From NCBI RefSeq assembly GCF_009914755.1, contig NC_060927.1: a DNA stretch of 64,000 nucleotides; one strand, given 5' to 3'. How positions within the stretch are numbered: the first letter of the stretch is position 1; each line of letters begins with the position of its first letter. Source of the stretch: the human T2T-CHM13v2.0 reference genome, Homo sapiens. The translations under genes were made by a program, and so were the position numbers. Positions 1 through 13,569 of the stretch are shown in pieces. The notes beneath the pieces are model-generated. The model worked only from the letters and a program-made list of their open reading frames with translations. It ran no database searches and had not been told where the DNA came from.

Positions 1-32
1 GGGATTACAGGTGTGAGCCACAGCACCCAGCC
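1..32 (-). mobile_element. Alu 5' end (cut by window edge)
   Basis: Reverse complement reads ggctgggtgctgtggctcacacctgtaatccc, the Alu head. Confidence 0.9.
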
Positions 33-159
33 TCTTCTATGGATTTTTTAAATCAATTACAGAAACTTGGTGGTGGGATCATGGGGTGGTGGAAGGCAGG
101 GCAGCATGTGGGGAGCATAGCAATCGCTTCTATGCATGTGGCCGACTCTCCATTCATTC

Positions 160-385
160 CGCAGTGAAGGGAGCAGCACTACACTAGAAGTCAAACAGCC
201 TGAGTCCTAGCCCAGCTCTCCCTCTTACTAACTGTGTGACTGTGTGACCTCTCTGCTCTAAAGCTTCATTTTTCCTTGTCTTCAAATGGAATGATAATGC
301 CCTGCCAGTGTCATCCCTGGGATGCTTAAGAGAGGTTCAAATGAGTCAAAACAGGTGAAAGCACTGTGAAAAGTCTAAAGTGCCA
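160..385 (+). mobile_element. MIR SINE
   Basis: MIR core: ctgagtcctagcccagctctccctcttactaactgtgtgac...ttttccttgtcttcaaatggaatgataat. Confidence 0.7.
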
Positions 386-424
386 AGTACTGTACCCGAG
401 GCCTCTCTTGATTATGTACACTAT

Positions 425-655
425 TTGGGCAAGAGCTTGGGCCCAGGGTCGAACCCATCTGAGTTAGAATCCTGGCACTGTCTCCTGTCAACCGTATGAC
501 CCTGCACAAGCTTCACTCTCTAAGCTTCATGTTCTTCATCTATAAAATGGAGAGCACTCACCCTCAAAGAGTTGTAAGGATTTAATGAGATCATAAATGT
601 GGCACCCTGACAGTGTCTGGAATAGAGGTTTCTCAATGGATGCTGGCTCATATCA
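425..655 (+). mobile_element. MIR SINE
   Basis: gagttagaatcctggcactg...ttcttcatctataaaatggag...gttgtaaggatttaatgagat...cagtgtctgg. Confidence 0.75.
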
Positions 656-754
656 TTAGTGAAGAGCTACAGCTGTATGGATCAGATCACCCTTTGCTGC
701 AGTGTGGGAGAATGAGACTCATCAAGTGTGCTTGGAAATCCCATCAGATGTAAA

Positions 755-1015
755 ATTCATATGTCACTTCCTCGTTGGAAGATTTTTCTCACTCCCCAAC
801 CCCTGTGCAGTTTACTAGTCTCTCTCCCATACCACTTCTGTTTGAATATTCTATTGCGTTTAGTAGGCACCATTTTGTAATTTCTTTACTTACATGTGTC
901 CTCTAGTAGACTGTAAGAAACTTGATGCTGGAACTCTGTACTGCTCATCTCAGAATCGTTCATGCCTAAGACAGTGCTCACCTCACAGTAGGCACTTAAT
1001 AAATGCTTTGGAATG
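755..1015 (+). mobile_element. L2 LINE 3' end
   Basis: tagactgtaag...tgcctaagacagtgct...cagtaggcacttaataaatgctttggaatg, typical L2 terminus. Confidence 0.7.
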
Positions 1016-2049
1016 GGATATGTGAATATATGCTATTCTGCTGTAAGTCAGCCTTCAGATAAGTGATGGAGACATAAATATGAAGTGCTGTGACACAGGG
1101 GAAAAAGCAACATCCTCAGGGATTAGTAGAGGTTTCACTCCAGCATTCTCTCCCACTCTCTCTGCAGTGTCAAGTCAGAGAGATCTGATGCCTCTGCTAT
1201 GCAGTTCAGGCAAATATTCATAACTCAATTATTTTACTGGCCCTATAAAACCAATAAAAATGAAGCAAAATCATGCTGGAAATCAATATTTAAAATTCAG
1301 TTAACTCCATAGTTTACCAGATTTTGTATCCCTGATAAAATGTCACAAAATCCTGAACTCCAAAGAGAACAAACAGTGTCAGAATCAGGAAGGCTAAAGC
1401 TATTACTAGATGAAGTGGCTGTCTTCCCACACAGCATGATTTCCAGATATAACCACAAGACCCTGGCCTCTTGATAATTTATTCCCATTAATCTTTCCCT
1501 CTCTTCCTATCTAGCCTGACGTTCACGCCATCGTAAGTTTATATGCATTTGTGTGTATCTGAGGTGGGGCAGGCATGGGCTAAATGCAGCATCTTCAGAA
1601 AACACTTGGAAAAACTCCTGTTCTCTTTTCACATGCCTTTTCCCATTAGCATATTAACATCATCCGTGGCAATGTGCCTCATAATCATAAATATTATTAC
1701 TATTAACATAGAATAACTCATCAGGTCAGCTTTTTGGTCCCACAGAAGACAGCTTGGCCTTTAGGGAAAGAGATAGAGAGGTAGAATTTAATCACAGGCC
1801 TCAGGTTGCTGTGAGCTTGGAAACAGGTGCAGCCTGGAGAAGGTAGACCAAGGAGAGGTGACTTAATTAGAGCCTGGGCCCTGGGGACCTGGGGAGAAAG
1901 CCAAATAATGGAAATCAATGTCAGTATTCAATCTTGTTGTACCTTGCGTCTACTCACGATTCTGGTTTGCTGTTGTTGTTTTCAAGTAAGGCTTACTGAG
2001 CACTGTGTGCTAACAGGAGGATGGGCTTGGTGTACAGTAGTATGAATGC

Positions 2050-2520
2050 TTCTCTTCTTTTAGGAAACTGACCCTACCGCTACTTCAACCATATGACTTT
2101 AATAGAAAGTGACAATCACTGTTCTTCCTCCCAATTCCCAACCTCAATTGATAGGCTTGGGAATGGGTTCATGACCCATTTGGACCAATCCAAATCCTAC
2201 CCCCAGAGTTTTCTAACTGGAGCTCAGAGGGGATTGGCCCCCTCTCTAGTGGTAAAGCTGAGAGATGTGGGCCTGAGAGCACAGAAGGTCATCTTTCAAG
2301 CCAAGTAGAAGTGGGGCTGAGAAAATACAGTCAGGAATCTAGGAGAAGAGTGGAGAAGAAAGATGAAGAGTGTCCTGGTGACGGTCCCCCAGAGAGTCCC
2401 TGTTTCCAGGTATCTCTGAGACAAGCTGCTGATTGGAAAGGGGAAACAGTAAATTCCCCTCTTGCCTAAGTTAGTTCAAGTGGTAGGTTTGCTACTTGGA
2501 ACCAAATAATCTCCAATATG
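2050..2520 (+). mobile_element. Old ERVL-class solo LTR (LTR16-like)
   Basis: atgacccatttggaccaat internal motif; 3' end aaattcccctcttgcctaagttagttcaagt...ctacttggaaccaaa. Confidence 0.55.
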
Positions 2521-2604
2521 CTAAATTTGAATGCCTCCTGTGAATCTTTAATCAAGTATAAGCCACCAAGCTGGATTCAGGGTTGCTAATAAAGAAGAAA
2601 GAAA

Positions 2605-2830
2605 CAAGAGCTGACACATACTGAATGCCCGCTACATTCTGGATAATATATATAAGTTACTGTATTCTTCTTCACAGCAACTCTAAGAAACAGGTATTGC
2701 TTTTAGGAAATTGAATCTTGTTGTGGTTGGGAACTTCTATGCTAAATTACCAACCACAATAAGTTCTCATAGAAAGTAAACAGAGACAAAATCTTAAATT
2801 AGACATCCGACTCTGTATCCATATCCTGTT
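2605..2830 (-). mobile_element. MIR SINE (degraded)
   Basis: agctgacacatactgaatgcc...tcttcacagcaactctaagaaacaggtattg...aggaaattgaat. Confidence 0.5.
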
Positions 2831-3169
2831 CTTATTCCTCTGCTACACATTGCCCTTTATGGGGTCTTATAAAATAATTCAGAAAAAAGGAATTTATACC
2901 AAAAAATGTAATAAGAGATGAGATGATGCAAATGAGAAGAGAGGAAACATTGAGTATGCATTGACCCACTGTCCAAAGGACCACCCAAATTCTAGGTACC
3001 AAATTAGAATCTTGAAGCCCTATTACTGCTTTTAAGCCCTGTCCTTGCCATGAACCTAAAAATGTCATTGTTACAAGATGAGAGACTTAGTCAAGGCTTT
3101 TCACCTAAATATGTTCAGATCTGTAAGTTGGAGGTAGAAAATAAAATCTTCAAAGACTTCAGCAATTTT

Positions 3170-3512
3170 ATTGGGAGAGGAGTAATGTTTAACCAAGTCA
3201 ATAATAAAATGTGGAAAGATCAGCAAAATACAGCCACCCAAAGACAAGGCAGGGAAGATGGGTCTGAACCACAGCAGAAATTACTTAAGTTCTTCCAATG
3301 GGAAGACTGCTGGCTGATAGCGAGGGCTGTTAAACAATGAAATGGGTTACCAGGGCAAGCTAAAGAATCTCCTCATCTGGAGGCCTTTAAAATAGTAAAA
3401 TTTTCTTGGTCTGAATGGCTTTACGTGTGGTCTTCCTTGAGGCGGGGTGGGGTCAGAGAGCTACAGAGGAGGGATGACCCCTCCAAATCCTTTCCCAAAG
3501 CCTGGGATTCTC
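3170..3512 (+). mobile_element. L3/CR1 LINE 3' end
   Basis: aacaatgaaatgggttaccaggg...ctcctcatctggaggcctttaa...ggatgacccctccaaatcctttcccaaagcctgggattct. Confidence 0.6.
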
Positions 3513-5805
3513 CCTACCTGACTGTCATCACCTTGGGGAAGGGGGGGTTTGCCATTTGTCAACTGCCCCCTTTCTTACTTCTTGCCTACCTTAGTAATGC
3601 ACTAATTCACAACTGCTGCAGAAATGATTGAAATATTTAGACATAATGGGGGAAGTTTAATAGGGTCCAGTGGGAAACCCAGGTGTTTAGATCAGCTTAA
3701 AAATAATAACCACCTCCCCTGCCAGGGGGTTTCCATTCACAATCAGCTCCGCTTTTATTCTTAACCATAAAGGCTACCTCAGACAGGAAATTATTCACGT
3801 GATTGGTCTTTACAAGTGCTGTTGGGTTTAAACTGAGGGCTGTAGAGGTCATTAGTGGGCAGCCATGTGATTAACCTTTGCTAGCCTGTTGCTTTTCACA
3901 CTTTGTTAACAGCTTCCATTATTGCCCCTCTGAGTCTTGAGGAAGCTGTTTATTGACAGTATTAAAAATGCATTGCTACAAATTCTTAAGAGCCTTGTGT
4001 TAAAGAAAAAAACACCCTCCCAACATCTTATAGCCAGCCGACTGGGGAAATGGGAAACCTCTAATTTGCCATAAAGGTTTACCAAGAAGCACTAAGTAAT
4101 ACTACATTTAACTCAAAGGTAGCACCTGACATCACTCCTTGTCTTACTTAGTTGTATGTTATGGTGACACCAGAGAATTTGAGGAGTGAGCTATAAAACG
4201 TCTGGATGAATTTGAGGCTCAGACTCTGTTATTTTGAAGGAATTTAGATTGTGCATAAGTTTGGGGGAGAGGGAGGGAAAGAGATTTATAAGAAAAATGT
4301 TCCTCTTGAGGAAAATAAAGCCCTTGCCCACATAAGATGACCAAGAGTTTTAGGAAGAATTGTGTATGTGTGAGTCAGTACTCAATGTGATGTGACTAAA
4401 TGATGGTTGTAGTTTTCACCCCACTCCCACCCCCAGCCTGGGCTATGAACTGTTTTGGGAGACATTTCCTATAATTGTCTGGGCAAGAAAGACCATATTG
4501 ATGTTTCCCTACCAATGATGTGCTTAAAACCTCCTTAAAGGATGGCATTCTTCAAATCATCCTTGGTCCATGACTCCTCCCACTGCCCCCATGACCTTCC
4601 TGTAAGAATTCAATGGCCTTTCTATGACCCCCTACCTCAGCGTAAGATTTTTTCCCAAGCACTTTCCTTTTACTTTCTGAATTCCATGGGGGGAATCTAA
4701 CTCCTTGCTTCAAAAGTATCTAAAGCTTTTCCCCTCCTACGTCAGAGTCCATACCCAAGGAAGCGGAAGTAGAAGATGACTCTTCAAGAGATTTATCCCC
4801 TGCTGTTACATGTATACATACAAGATACATACATATGGAATGCATGGGAAAGGAAGGCATTAGAATTCCACCTGAACTTTCTGTGCTTAAAAGATTAGAG
4901 GAGACAGTGTACAAAAAGAGAGATCATTGATTCTCCGCCCACTGCCTTGACTCTATGTGTGTTTTCTATTTTGATACTGTTGCTCCTCTTATTCACATGC
5001 TGTTTAAAATATACAGCTATAGACCCAAATATTTTTCCTGGGAATGATGACACGGCAAGTATTATTTCTCTCAAAGAAAAATATAAAATAATTAATGCTC
5101 TTAAAAGAAGAGGAGCATAGTAAGTGGGGCCACTCCCTTCTCCCAAAACTGCCTGTTGTATGTTCTAATGGCCTCTATGTTTGTGTGAATTGTACAGTAG
5201 CCGGACTTTAGTTCTCACATACACATTCTGGTCAACAAATCCAAACAAACAAACACGAAAGCTTCAATTCCCTTTTAAAATACCTTTATAACTTTTTAAA
5301 CTGACAAGCCACATATTCCTATATTTCACGATGGAAAGGTGGAGGGGAAATTTTTGCCAGAATAAGATTTTGTATTTTATGTCAAATTGTATCTGGAAGC
5401 TCATTTAAAAAGTGGAATTATACACCGCCCACCCCCCAAAAGCAAGGATTTGAGATGAAAATGCCAAAATAACTTTAATTATAGGTTTGTTGGAGGTGTG
5501 ATGTTAAAATATCAGTCAGTGGAAAACGTCGCATTGTTAACCTGTCACTCAAAAATTTTGAAATTTGTGTTATACCATTACTATTTATTTGTACATTCTT
5601 GGTCTCCAATGCACATACTTGCTAGGATAAGAGCCCAAGTCATTATAACAAGCGATCCAACATTTTCACATTTATTTTAAAATTACAATTGAATATAAAT
5701 TGGTGTAGGCTTGTTAATGCAGAACCTTGGTTTCACTTATTGCAGATTTTCAAAATTAGGCTGAAATCATATATGATTTTTTAATATAAAAAATAACAAA
5801 TTTTA

Positions 5806-6097
<292 letters not shown>

Positions 6098-6690
6098 TTA
6101 ATTTGACCTATAATCTGTCTGTTTTTCTACAAAATTTAAAATAATATTGTGGTATCGGGAGTAAAAAATATATAGTAGCCTCTAACATCAAGCTAGACTT
6201 ATTGTAGCTAATAATTGGTTTTCTCTGCTCCCTATTCCAAACCTCATAAGAAAGGAAACCATGGAAACTGCGCCACCATAAAGCAAAGCTTTCCAACCTC
6301 AGCTGAGCTCTCACTGATCCTCAAAAATGGTTTTACACATCCCTTGTTGACTAATTATTGCAGGAGGCCACAGTGGCTGTTTTAAACATTCGTCAACCTC
6401 CAGGGCCCACCCTTAACTTCCTTCAACTTAACCTCACTCCTGGGAGATGACCTATGGGCCAGTTTCACTGAGGAGGGCCAGGCAGCATGAGCTCCTGGTG
6501 CTGGTGCGTGACCAAGCTAGACCTGGGCTTTGGGCTGCCTGGCTGGGTCTAGGAATATAACTGGCTGAAGTTCTCCCTGCCTGCATTCCCTGCTCTGATT
6601 AGGCAGCCTCAGCTTGACAGTTCATGCTTCCTTAAGGCCTACATGCTGCTGCCTGGTCCCAGCTAACCTTGATCCCTATTCCATCACAAC

Positions 6691-6913
6691 TTTATTTTTT
6701 AATTGACACATAATAACTGTACATATTTATGGGGTATGGTGTGATGTTTCAATACATGTATTCATTGTATGAAAAATCAAATCAGAGTATTTAACATATT
6801 CATTTCCTCAAACATTTATCATTTCTTTGTGGTGAGAAGATTCAAAATCCTCTCTTCTCGCTATTTTGAAATTTAGAATGTAATATTGTTAACCATAGTC
6901 ACCCTACTGTGCA
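6691..6913 (-). mobile_element. L1MA-type 3' UTR fragment
   Basis: tttaattgacacataataactgtacatatttatggggta...aacatttatcatttctttgtggtgagaa...gttaaccatagtcaccctactgtgc. Confidence 0.85.
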
Positions 6914-6969
6914 TTTTTAACAGCATTTTCTCTCTTCTGCCGGTGGCCCCATTCTTGTGTCTGAGAACA

Positions 6970-7848
6970 CGGCTAGCTCTTCCTTATCCTTACAGATGTC
7001 CTTTGAGGACTCTTCCTCTACCATCATTTCCACTTCTCTGAGGCTTTATCTTTGGCTTTCGTCCTTAGTTCTCTCTCTTTTGCAGCCTCTGTCTTCACTC
7101 TCTTCCTTAGAAATCTGACTACATATAAATGACAATATTTATCAAAATGAAGAAGTTGAGAAGAAGTACCAGTTTGATGAGAAAAGAGAATTTTAGTTTG
7201 AGGGACTAATTTCTCAGTCCCTAAACTCACATTTCTCACTTTCAGAGCCATCAATTAATTCCTCGAACTAAAATTATTTTTCCCCATCAGACTAGCACTT
7301 CTCAGCTTCCTCATTTTGATAAATATTGTTACTAATGTTCCAGAGCCATGAGTGTTCTTTCTCTCTCCATGGCCAATAAATTACCATCACACTTAGAACA
7401 AAATTCAAACTTCTTTCCATGGCCTAAAGCTCTCTATGTAATCTCTGACTTCATACCCGTTTACCAGATGGTTTGATTTCTTTCCATAATTTCTCCATTC
7501 TGGCCTTGTATCTGCTTCTCAAACACATTAAACTTGTTCTCTCCATGGGGTTTCATGTGGCATTTCTCTCCTCCAGGTAGTTTCCTGCCATATGGCCAAA
7601 ATATCACCGCATCAGAGAGATGGTCCCAGAAACTCTGCTACATCACACTGTTTATACTTTCCCCATCACAACCCTCATGACTGGTATTAAACTCTTGTTT
7701 ATTTTTAAACTTGTTTATTGCTCATCTCTCTTCTCTAGAATAGAAGCTCCCTGACATTAGGAACCTGTATATTTTGCTCACTACTATAACTTTGTGGACA
7801 TCAGTGTCCCATAGATCTCAATAACTATTTGTTCTAGGAATTAATGTA
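6970..7848 (+). mobile_element. L2 LINE 3' portion containing an internal inverted duplication
   Basis: catcacacttagaacaaaattcaaacttctttccatggcct...tagaatagaagctccctga...ctcaataactatttgtt. Confidence 0.7.
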
Positions 7849-8516
7849 TAAGTGAAGTCTGATGGATTCAACTGTCATAGCACCCCTCAAATCCATCCTG
7901 CCTTTGTCTTCCCACTGATACCACCATAGATCAAGCCCTCATTATGCAATACCTTGGCACTGCCTGAGACCTTTCATGTCCCATCAACACTTCATGCTTC
8001 TGATCCTATTACCCTCTTGACAAGTGTTTAACAAATGGAACATTTCATAACCCAAATTAAGTATAAACTTATTACCATAGCTTTTAATATCCATCCACTT
8101 ATTCAATAATCATTTTAGGCACAATTGTACAAAGAAGACACTGTGTGGACTGTTGCACATATGAAGACTAAGTATACCACATTAGAGAGTTCTGTTATAG
8201 ATACGTGCCGCAGAGTTGAAGATGAGCAGAAGAGAAAACCCTAAGTTAGCCTGTAGGAAGTGATACTTCAGCTGACTCTTGACCAGCCAAGCAAAATACG
8301 TGAATGCATGTGTTAGAAATGGGTAGCTATTTTCTAGGAAGAGAGAATAGCATATGTAAAAGTAAACAGAGCATTGTGAGCTATGTTTGATGATTATGAC
8401 AATTGGTCCAGTTTGGCAGGAGAATGGGGGGTTTTGCCAGAAGAGCAAGAAGTGAAGCAGATTGTTCAGCAGAGACCAGATCAGCAAGGACCTTGAATTC
8501 TGTGCTAGCAACACAA

Positions 8517-8768
8517 AGGCAGAATAGAGTGGCAGTTAGAAGCATATGCCCTGGACTAAGACTGTCTGGGCTTAATTCCTACCCCAACTGGACAAATTCA
8601 TTACCATTTCTATGCCCTTGTTTCCTCATCTGTTAAGTGGAGATAAAAATATAATAACAGTTACCTATCTCATAGGATTATTATGAGAATTAACATATGA
8701 ATTAATATATGTAAAGCAATTAGAACAGTACCTGGCACATAATAAACACACTATTTTCCATTGTTACT
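8517..8768 (+). mobile_element. MIR SINE nested in L2
   Basis: gtttcctcatctgttaagtggagata...ctatctcataggattattatgagaatta...gtaaagcaattagaacagtacctggcacata. Confidence 0.85.
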
Positions 8769-9359
8769 CTATAAATAATGGGAAACCATTGAAGAATTAT
8801 ATGCAGGAAAGTGACCTAAGATCAATATCTCTTAAAGATAATTGTACAGTAGTATATAAAATGAGTCTTAAGGAGAAAGAAACTGGACGTAAAAAAAAAA
8901 TCAGTTAAGATTTAAAATGATGGGTAGCTAAACCACAGCAGGAAAAAATGGGCGGGCAAAAGAAAAGAGAGGCTTGAAAGCCATTTAAGAAGCAAAATCA
9001 GGAGAATTTGGTGACGATGATGTACGTGGTAAGGGTGAAAGAGCTATGGATGATTTCCAAATTTCTGACATGGGAGATCAAGTGTGTGGTGGAAGTGGTA
9101 AGCAGAATCAGAAGCACAAGAAGAAGGACGAATTTTGGAGGAGAGACAATAAATTCAGCACATCAGTGATAGGCTGATGTTGTGATACCCACAGAGCAGA
9201 CGTGAAAGGCTTCCACAAAGCAATTGGAATATGGGCCCAGAGCTCAGAATAAAACCTTTTGAAACTGCATGAGCAGAGACATGGGGTATGAAAAATAAAA
9301 TCAGAAGAGGTACCTAGAGACCACTGGAGAGCACCAACATGAAAGGGGAAAGACTCTCA

Positions 9360-9718
<359 letters not shown>

Positions 9719-9987
9719 GAAGAAGGAGATCAACAATATCAGACCTTAGATGTGTTGCCTAAGATAAGAACTTTAACATGCCCACTAGATTTGCAGTTGT
9801 GTCATTAATGAATTCAGTGAAAGCAGTTACAGAGGCAAGATAGAAGCTCACATCAGGCCACATTGAACAGTTCAGAAGCCAAATGTGAGGGTAAGAAAGA
9901 AACTTCAGACAAATCTCAGGAAGCTGAGGTATGAAAGAGAAAAGAGAAGGTGATCGTTAAAGAGGAATACAGGATAGAGGTAGGTTC

Positions 9988-10474
9988 TTTCTTTGTTTTT
10001 ATTTTACTTTAAGTTTTGGGATACATGTGCAGAACGTGCAGGTTTGTTACATAGGTATATATGTGCCATGGTGGTTTGCTGCACCCATCAACCCGTCATC
10101 TAGGTTTTAAGCCCCACATGCATTAGGTATTTGTCCTAATGCTCTCCCTTCCCTTGACCCCTACCCCCCGACAGGCCCCAGTGTGTGATGTTCCCCTCAC
10201 TGTGTCCATGCGTTCTCATTGTTCAACCCCCACTTATGAGTGAGAACATTTGGTGTTTGGTTTTCCATTCCTGCATTAGTTTTCTGAGAATGATGGTTTC
10301 CAGCTTCATCCAGGTCCCTACAAAGGACATGAACTCGTTCTTTTTTATGGCTGCATAGTATTCCATGGTGTATATGTGCCACATTTTCTTTATCTAGTCT
10401 ATCATTGATGGGCATTTGGGTTAGTTCCAAGTCTTTGCTATTGTAAATAGTGCTGAAATAAACATACCTGTGCA
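9988..10474 (-). mobile_element. L1PA (PA7/PA8-like) 3' end, 5'-truncated
   Basis: tactttaagttttgggatacatgtgcagaacgtgcagg...acccatcaacccgtcatctagg...atggctgcatagtattccatgg. Confidence 0.95.
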
Positions 10475-10915
10475 CTTAGCTGTGTTGGTGTGTTGAGGAA
10501 AAAAATGGCAGACTGAGAGAGAGAAATTCTCAAGTTCTTTCTGTCGGCCTGTCCCAATATTTCCAGTTTTATCTCACACTTCTCTCTATCTCACTCCAAA
10601 TGCTCCCAAACTGGAACTATGAAGTTGAAAGAAAGCACTGGAAGGAGAGGAGGTAGACAAGAAACCAAGAATCCCTGCCTCATCATTATGCCTCCAGCCA
10701 GCGCCAAATACCTGAACTGCAACTGATGGATGATTCAGCTATTTCTCCAGGTGTGTTGTCACATATTTACCCCACCCAGACTGAATGCTGTTTGGGATTC
10801 AGAGGATGTGTAAGGGAATGTGCATGTGCCTTGGAAGAGAAAATGCTCCAAGTGTCTTAAACTTAATGATGAAGCTTAATCCCTCCCTCAACGCCCACAA
10901 AAAGCTTCTCTATTC

Positions 10916-10946
<31 letters not shown>

Positions 10947-11225
10947 CGGAATCTTGCTCTGTTGCCCAGGTTGGAGTGCAGTGGTGTGATCTCGGCTCAC
11001 TGCAACCTCCCGCTCCTGGGTTCAAGCAGTTCTCTGCCTCAGCCTCCCAAGTAGCTGGGATCACAGGTGCCCACCACCACACCCAGCTACTTTTTTTTTG
11101 TATTTTTAGTAGAGATGGGGTTTCACCATCTTTGCCAGGCTGGTCTTGAACTCCTGACCTCGTGATTCACCAGCCTCGGCCTCCCAAAAAGCTGGGATTA
11201 CAGGCATGAGCCACCGCGCCCGGCC
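10916..11225 (-). mobile_element. Alu, AluSg4/Sg7-like, full length
   Basis: Poly-T then complete antisense Alu; TSD aaagcttctctattct / aaaacttctccattct. Confidence 0.95.
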
Positions 11226-11539
11226 AAAACTTCTCCATTCTAAACAAACATTTGTCTATATATTGAAGATTCTTAGTGCACTTTAAATAAATTTCTAACA
11301 TTTAGCTACAAATTTATTTAATGCTCATTAATATCATTCCCATTAGGGAAGGAAAAAAAATGAAAGAAAAACTAGTCTTTTCAAAGAAGTCAACATTCTT
11401 CTTTCTTGCTCTCATGGCACCTATGCTTCTCATAAAGCATTGTGATCTTATAATCCTCTTCCACCTTGGGCCTTCTGGATCTCGGCCTGCTTAATTAGCT
11501 CTCAAATAATAGCTACCAACATGGTGCCTGAAGCATATC

Positions 11540-11640
11540 ACCTGGCTGTATGACCTTGAGCAAGTCACTTTACTTCTCAGAGTATAAATTATTTACTCAA
11601 CCTACTTTCAGCTCAGTTACACTGTGATCAAATAGCATGT
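11540..11640 (+). mobile_element. MIR fragment
   Basis: gctgtatgaccttgagcaagtcactttacttctc core. Confidence 0.55.
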
Positions 11641-13321
11641 TAGATCTTTATCACCCGCTCTTCCGCAGGTGAGGCATACTGCAAACCTACTGAAAAAAAT
11701 CTTTTGGGATAGGTAGGAGAATTCCTGTTTCAGTTTCAAAGTCACAGCAGAAAGTTGAAACTTGCAGCTTCGGAGGAGCTTACAAGGTCATTCTAAATAA
11801 TGGAAAGATCAAATAATGTTACTGCAAGCTGCTATTGTAATTCATTCTTCCATAAAGATTACTTCTGTTGTACTAGCAAGTTCAGCAAGACCTTGGGTTA
11901 TCAGCCAAATAAATGCCACTTCAGTAAGTTATTGCTGCCTGGGGCCAGCTTTAACTTGCATCGTCAACTTTTTTCCTGTCTAAAGTTCTACTGTAAGTTT
12001 TGCATTCATAAACCATATTCCCTCTTGGCTTTATTGCTTGCCCTCTTGACATTTCCCCTCCTCCTAGTTACTAAAGAGAGCCCCATTGTGTGCACTAACA
12101 CTTGAGAGCTTCACCCAGTGATGTCAAAGAGTCACATTCAAATAGTTTTTGGGGATAGAACAAAATGCAAAGGCCCACTGAATACTTTCTTACTATGTGA
12201 AAATAGCTGTCTGTATCTTTGCACCACAGTTGTGGGAACTCTATTTAAAAGAGATGTGTTCAAAAGTATATAACTGTGGCTCCCATGTGTGATCATGAAA
12301 CAAAAGAGGAAGAATAAGTTCTGTGACAGTTTTTCAGATTTATGGTTCTGTGCAAAATTTACCAACTTTCCATTACTTGAACTGAATTCAAAATGGGTTC
12401 GGAAAATGTGGTGCTTGCCTAAATGACAATAAATGATAAATTTTGTTTCAACAGTCTTTCCCCCCAACCCCTTTAAATTGATGGCTAAGTGTATAACAAA
12501 AGGAGAAGACAAAAAACAACATATACATACTTGCCTGAAAAGGCCAAAAAATGCCACCCACGTACACAGAATACCACACACAGTTGCTTTATGAAGAAAA
12601 GTCAGATGCCATATAGGGTAACTATTGAATGTTGATGACATTTTTCCAACTCCATACAAATTAATCCTGCTAAAGTGCATCCAGCTTGTTTTTGTCAGTT
12701 TCTCTCCATTTAATTGTCAAGTGCAGACTCAAGACACATCCTAGGAACGTCCTTCATAAGAACATTTCTCTCAGTGCTACTTAAACATGGCCTCTCATGT
12801 ACATGCTCTGCGTCACTGGCCTTTGATAGTCAGTAAAGTGTTTTTGTTTGAAGAAAAATGAGTAGAATAAGCCTCTTCTAGGAAAAATCAATGGGTGTAA
12901 ATAGGTAGTGGAAGGTGAGAGTACGAAGCCCAGAAACTTAATGTGCACTCTTTTTGAGGACACACTGTTCTCCTAGGATATGAAAATGCCTGACATTGCC
13001 CTAATATGTTCCCCTGCATCCTGAATTGTTCTAGAGCATCTTCCACTAAGTTGCTGGAACTGATGCCTTTAAAAGCATCACCCTAGTCCCTCATGTTAAT
13101 AAACAGAAACCTGGTTAATCCCCACAAGGCAGATTATACTGATTTAAAGAAGGGAGGAAGGGATTCTTGTACTTATATCAAATAACAGTATGTCTAGAAT
13201 GTTTGGGAATTGATAACTCGGCAGAGTTCTCAGCAGAGAAATAAAACGACACAGTAAAGTTTTGTGTTCTCCACTTTGCCTCCTTTGCTTAACTCATTCT
13301 CTCTTTGCAACCCCATGCTAA

Positions 13322-13422
13322 GCATTTATTTATTAATTCAACAAATGTGTATTGAGGACTAACATGTGCCAGGTACTGTTCTAGGCACTGGAATGAAATA
13401 GACAAAAATTCCTGCTTGCATT
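13322..13422 (-). mobile_element. L2 3' end
   Basis: attcaacaaatgtgtattgaggactaacatgtgccaggtactgttctaggcactgg. Confidence 0.8.
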
Positions 13423-13569
13423 CCCCACCGCTCGGAACTTCTGTACCAAGTCAAAGAAGAGCTGTCTTTTCTCCCTCAGATCTTGCTGATCTGCACTTTC
13501 ACTGGGGAAGAGGGTCAATCGTTTAAGAAAAAGAGGGTTCTCATTTATTAAACAAAGGTCTTCAACAAT

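Noticed and set aside
1340-1474. 44-codon ORF MSQNPELQREQ...
   Set aside because: Length expected by chance; no splice or homology support
5764-5779. 16-bp palindrome aaatcatatatgattt
   Set aside because: AT-rich 8-bp arms; about one is expected by chance in 64 kb
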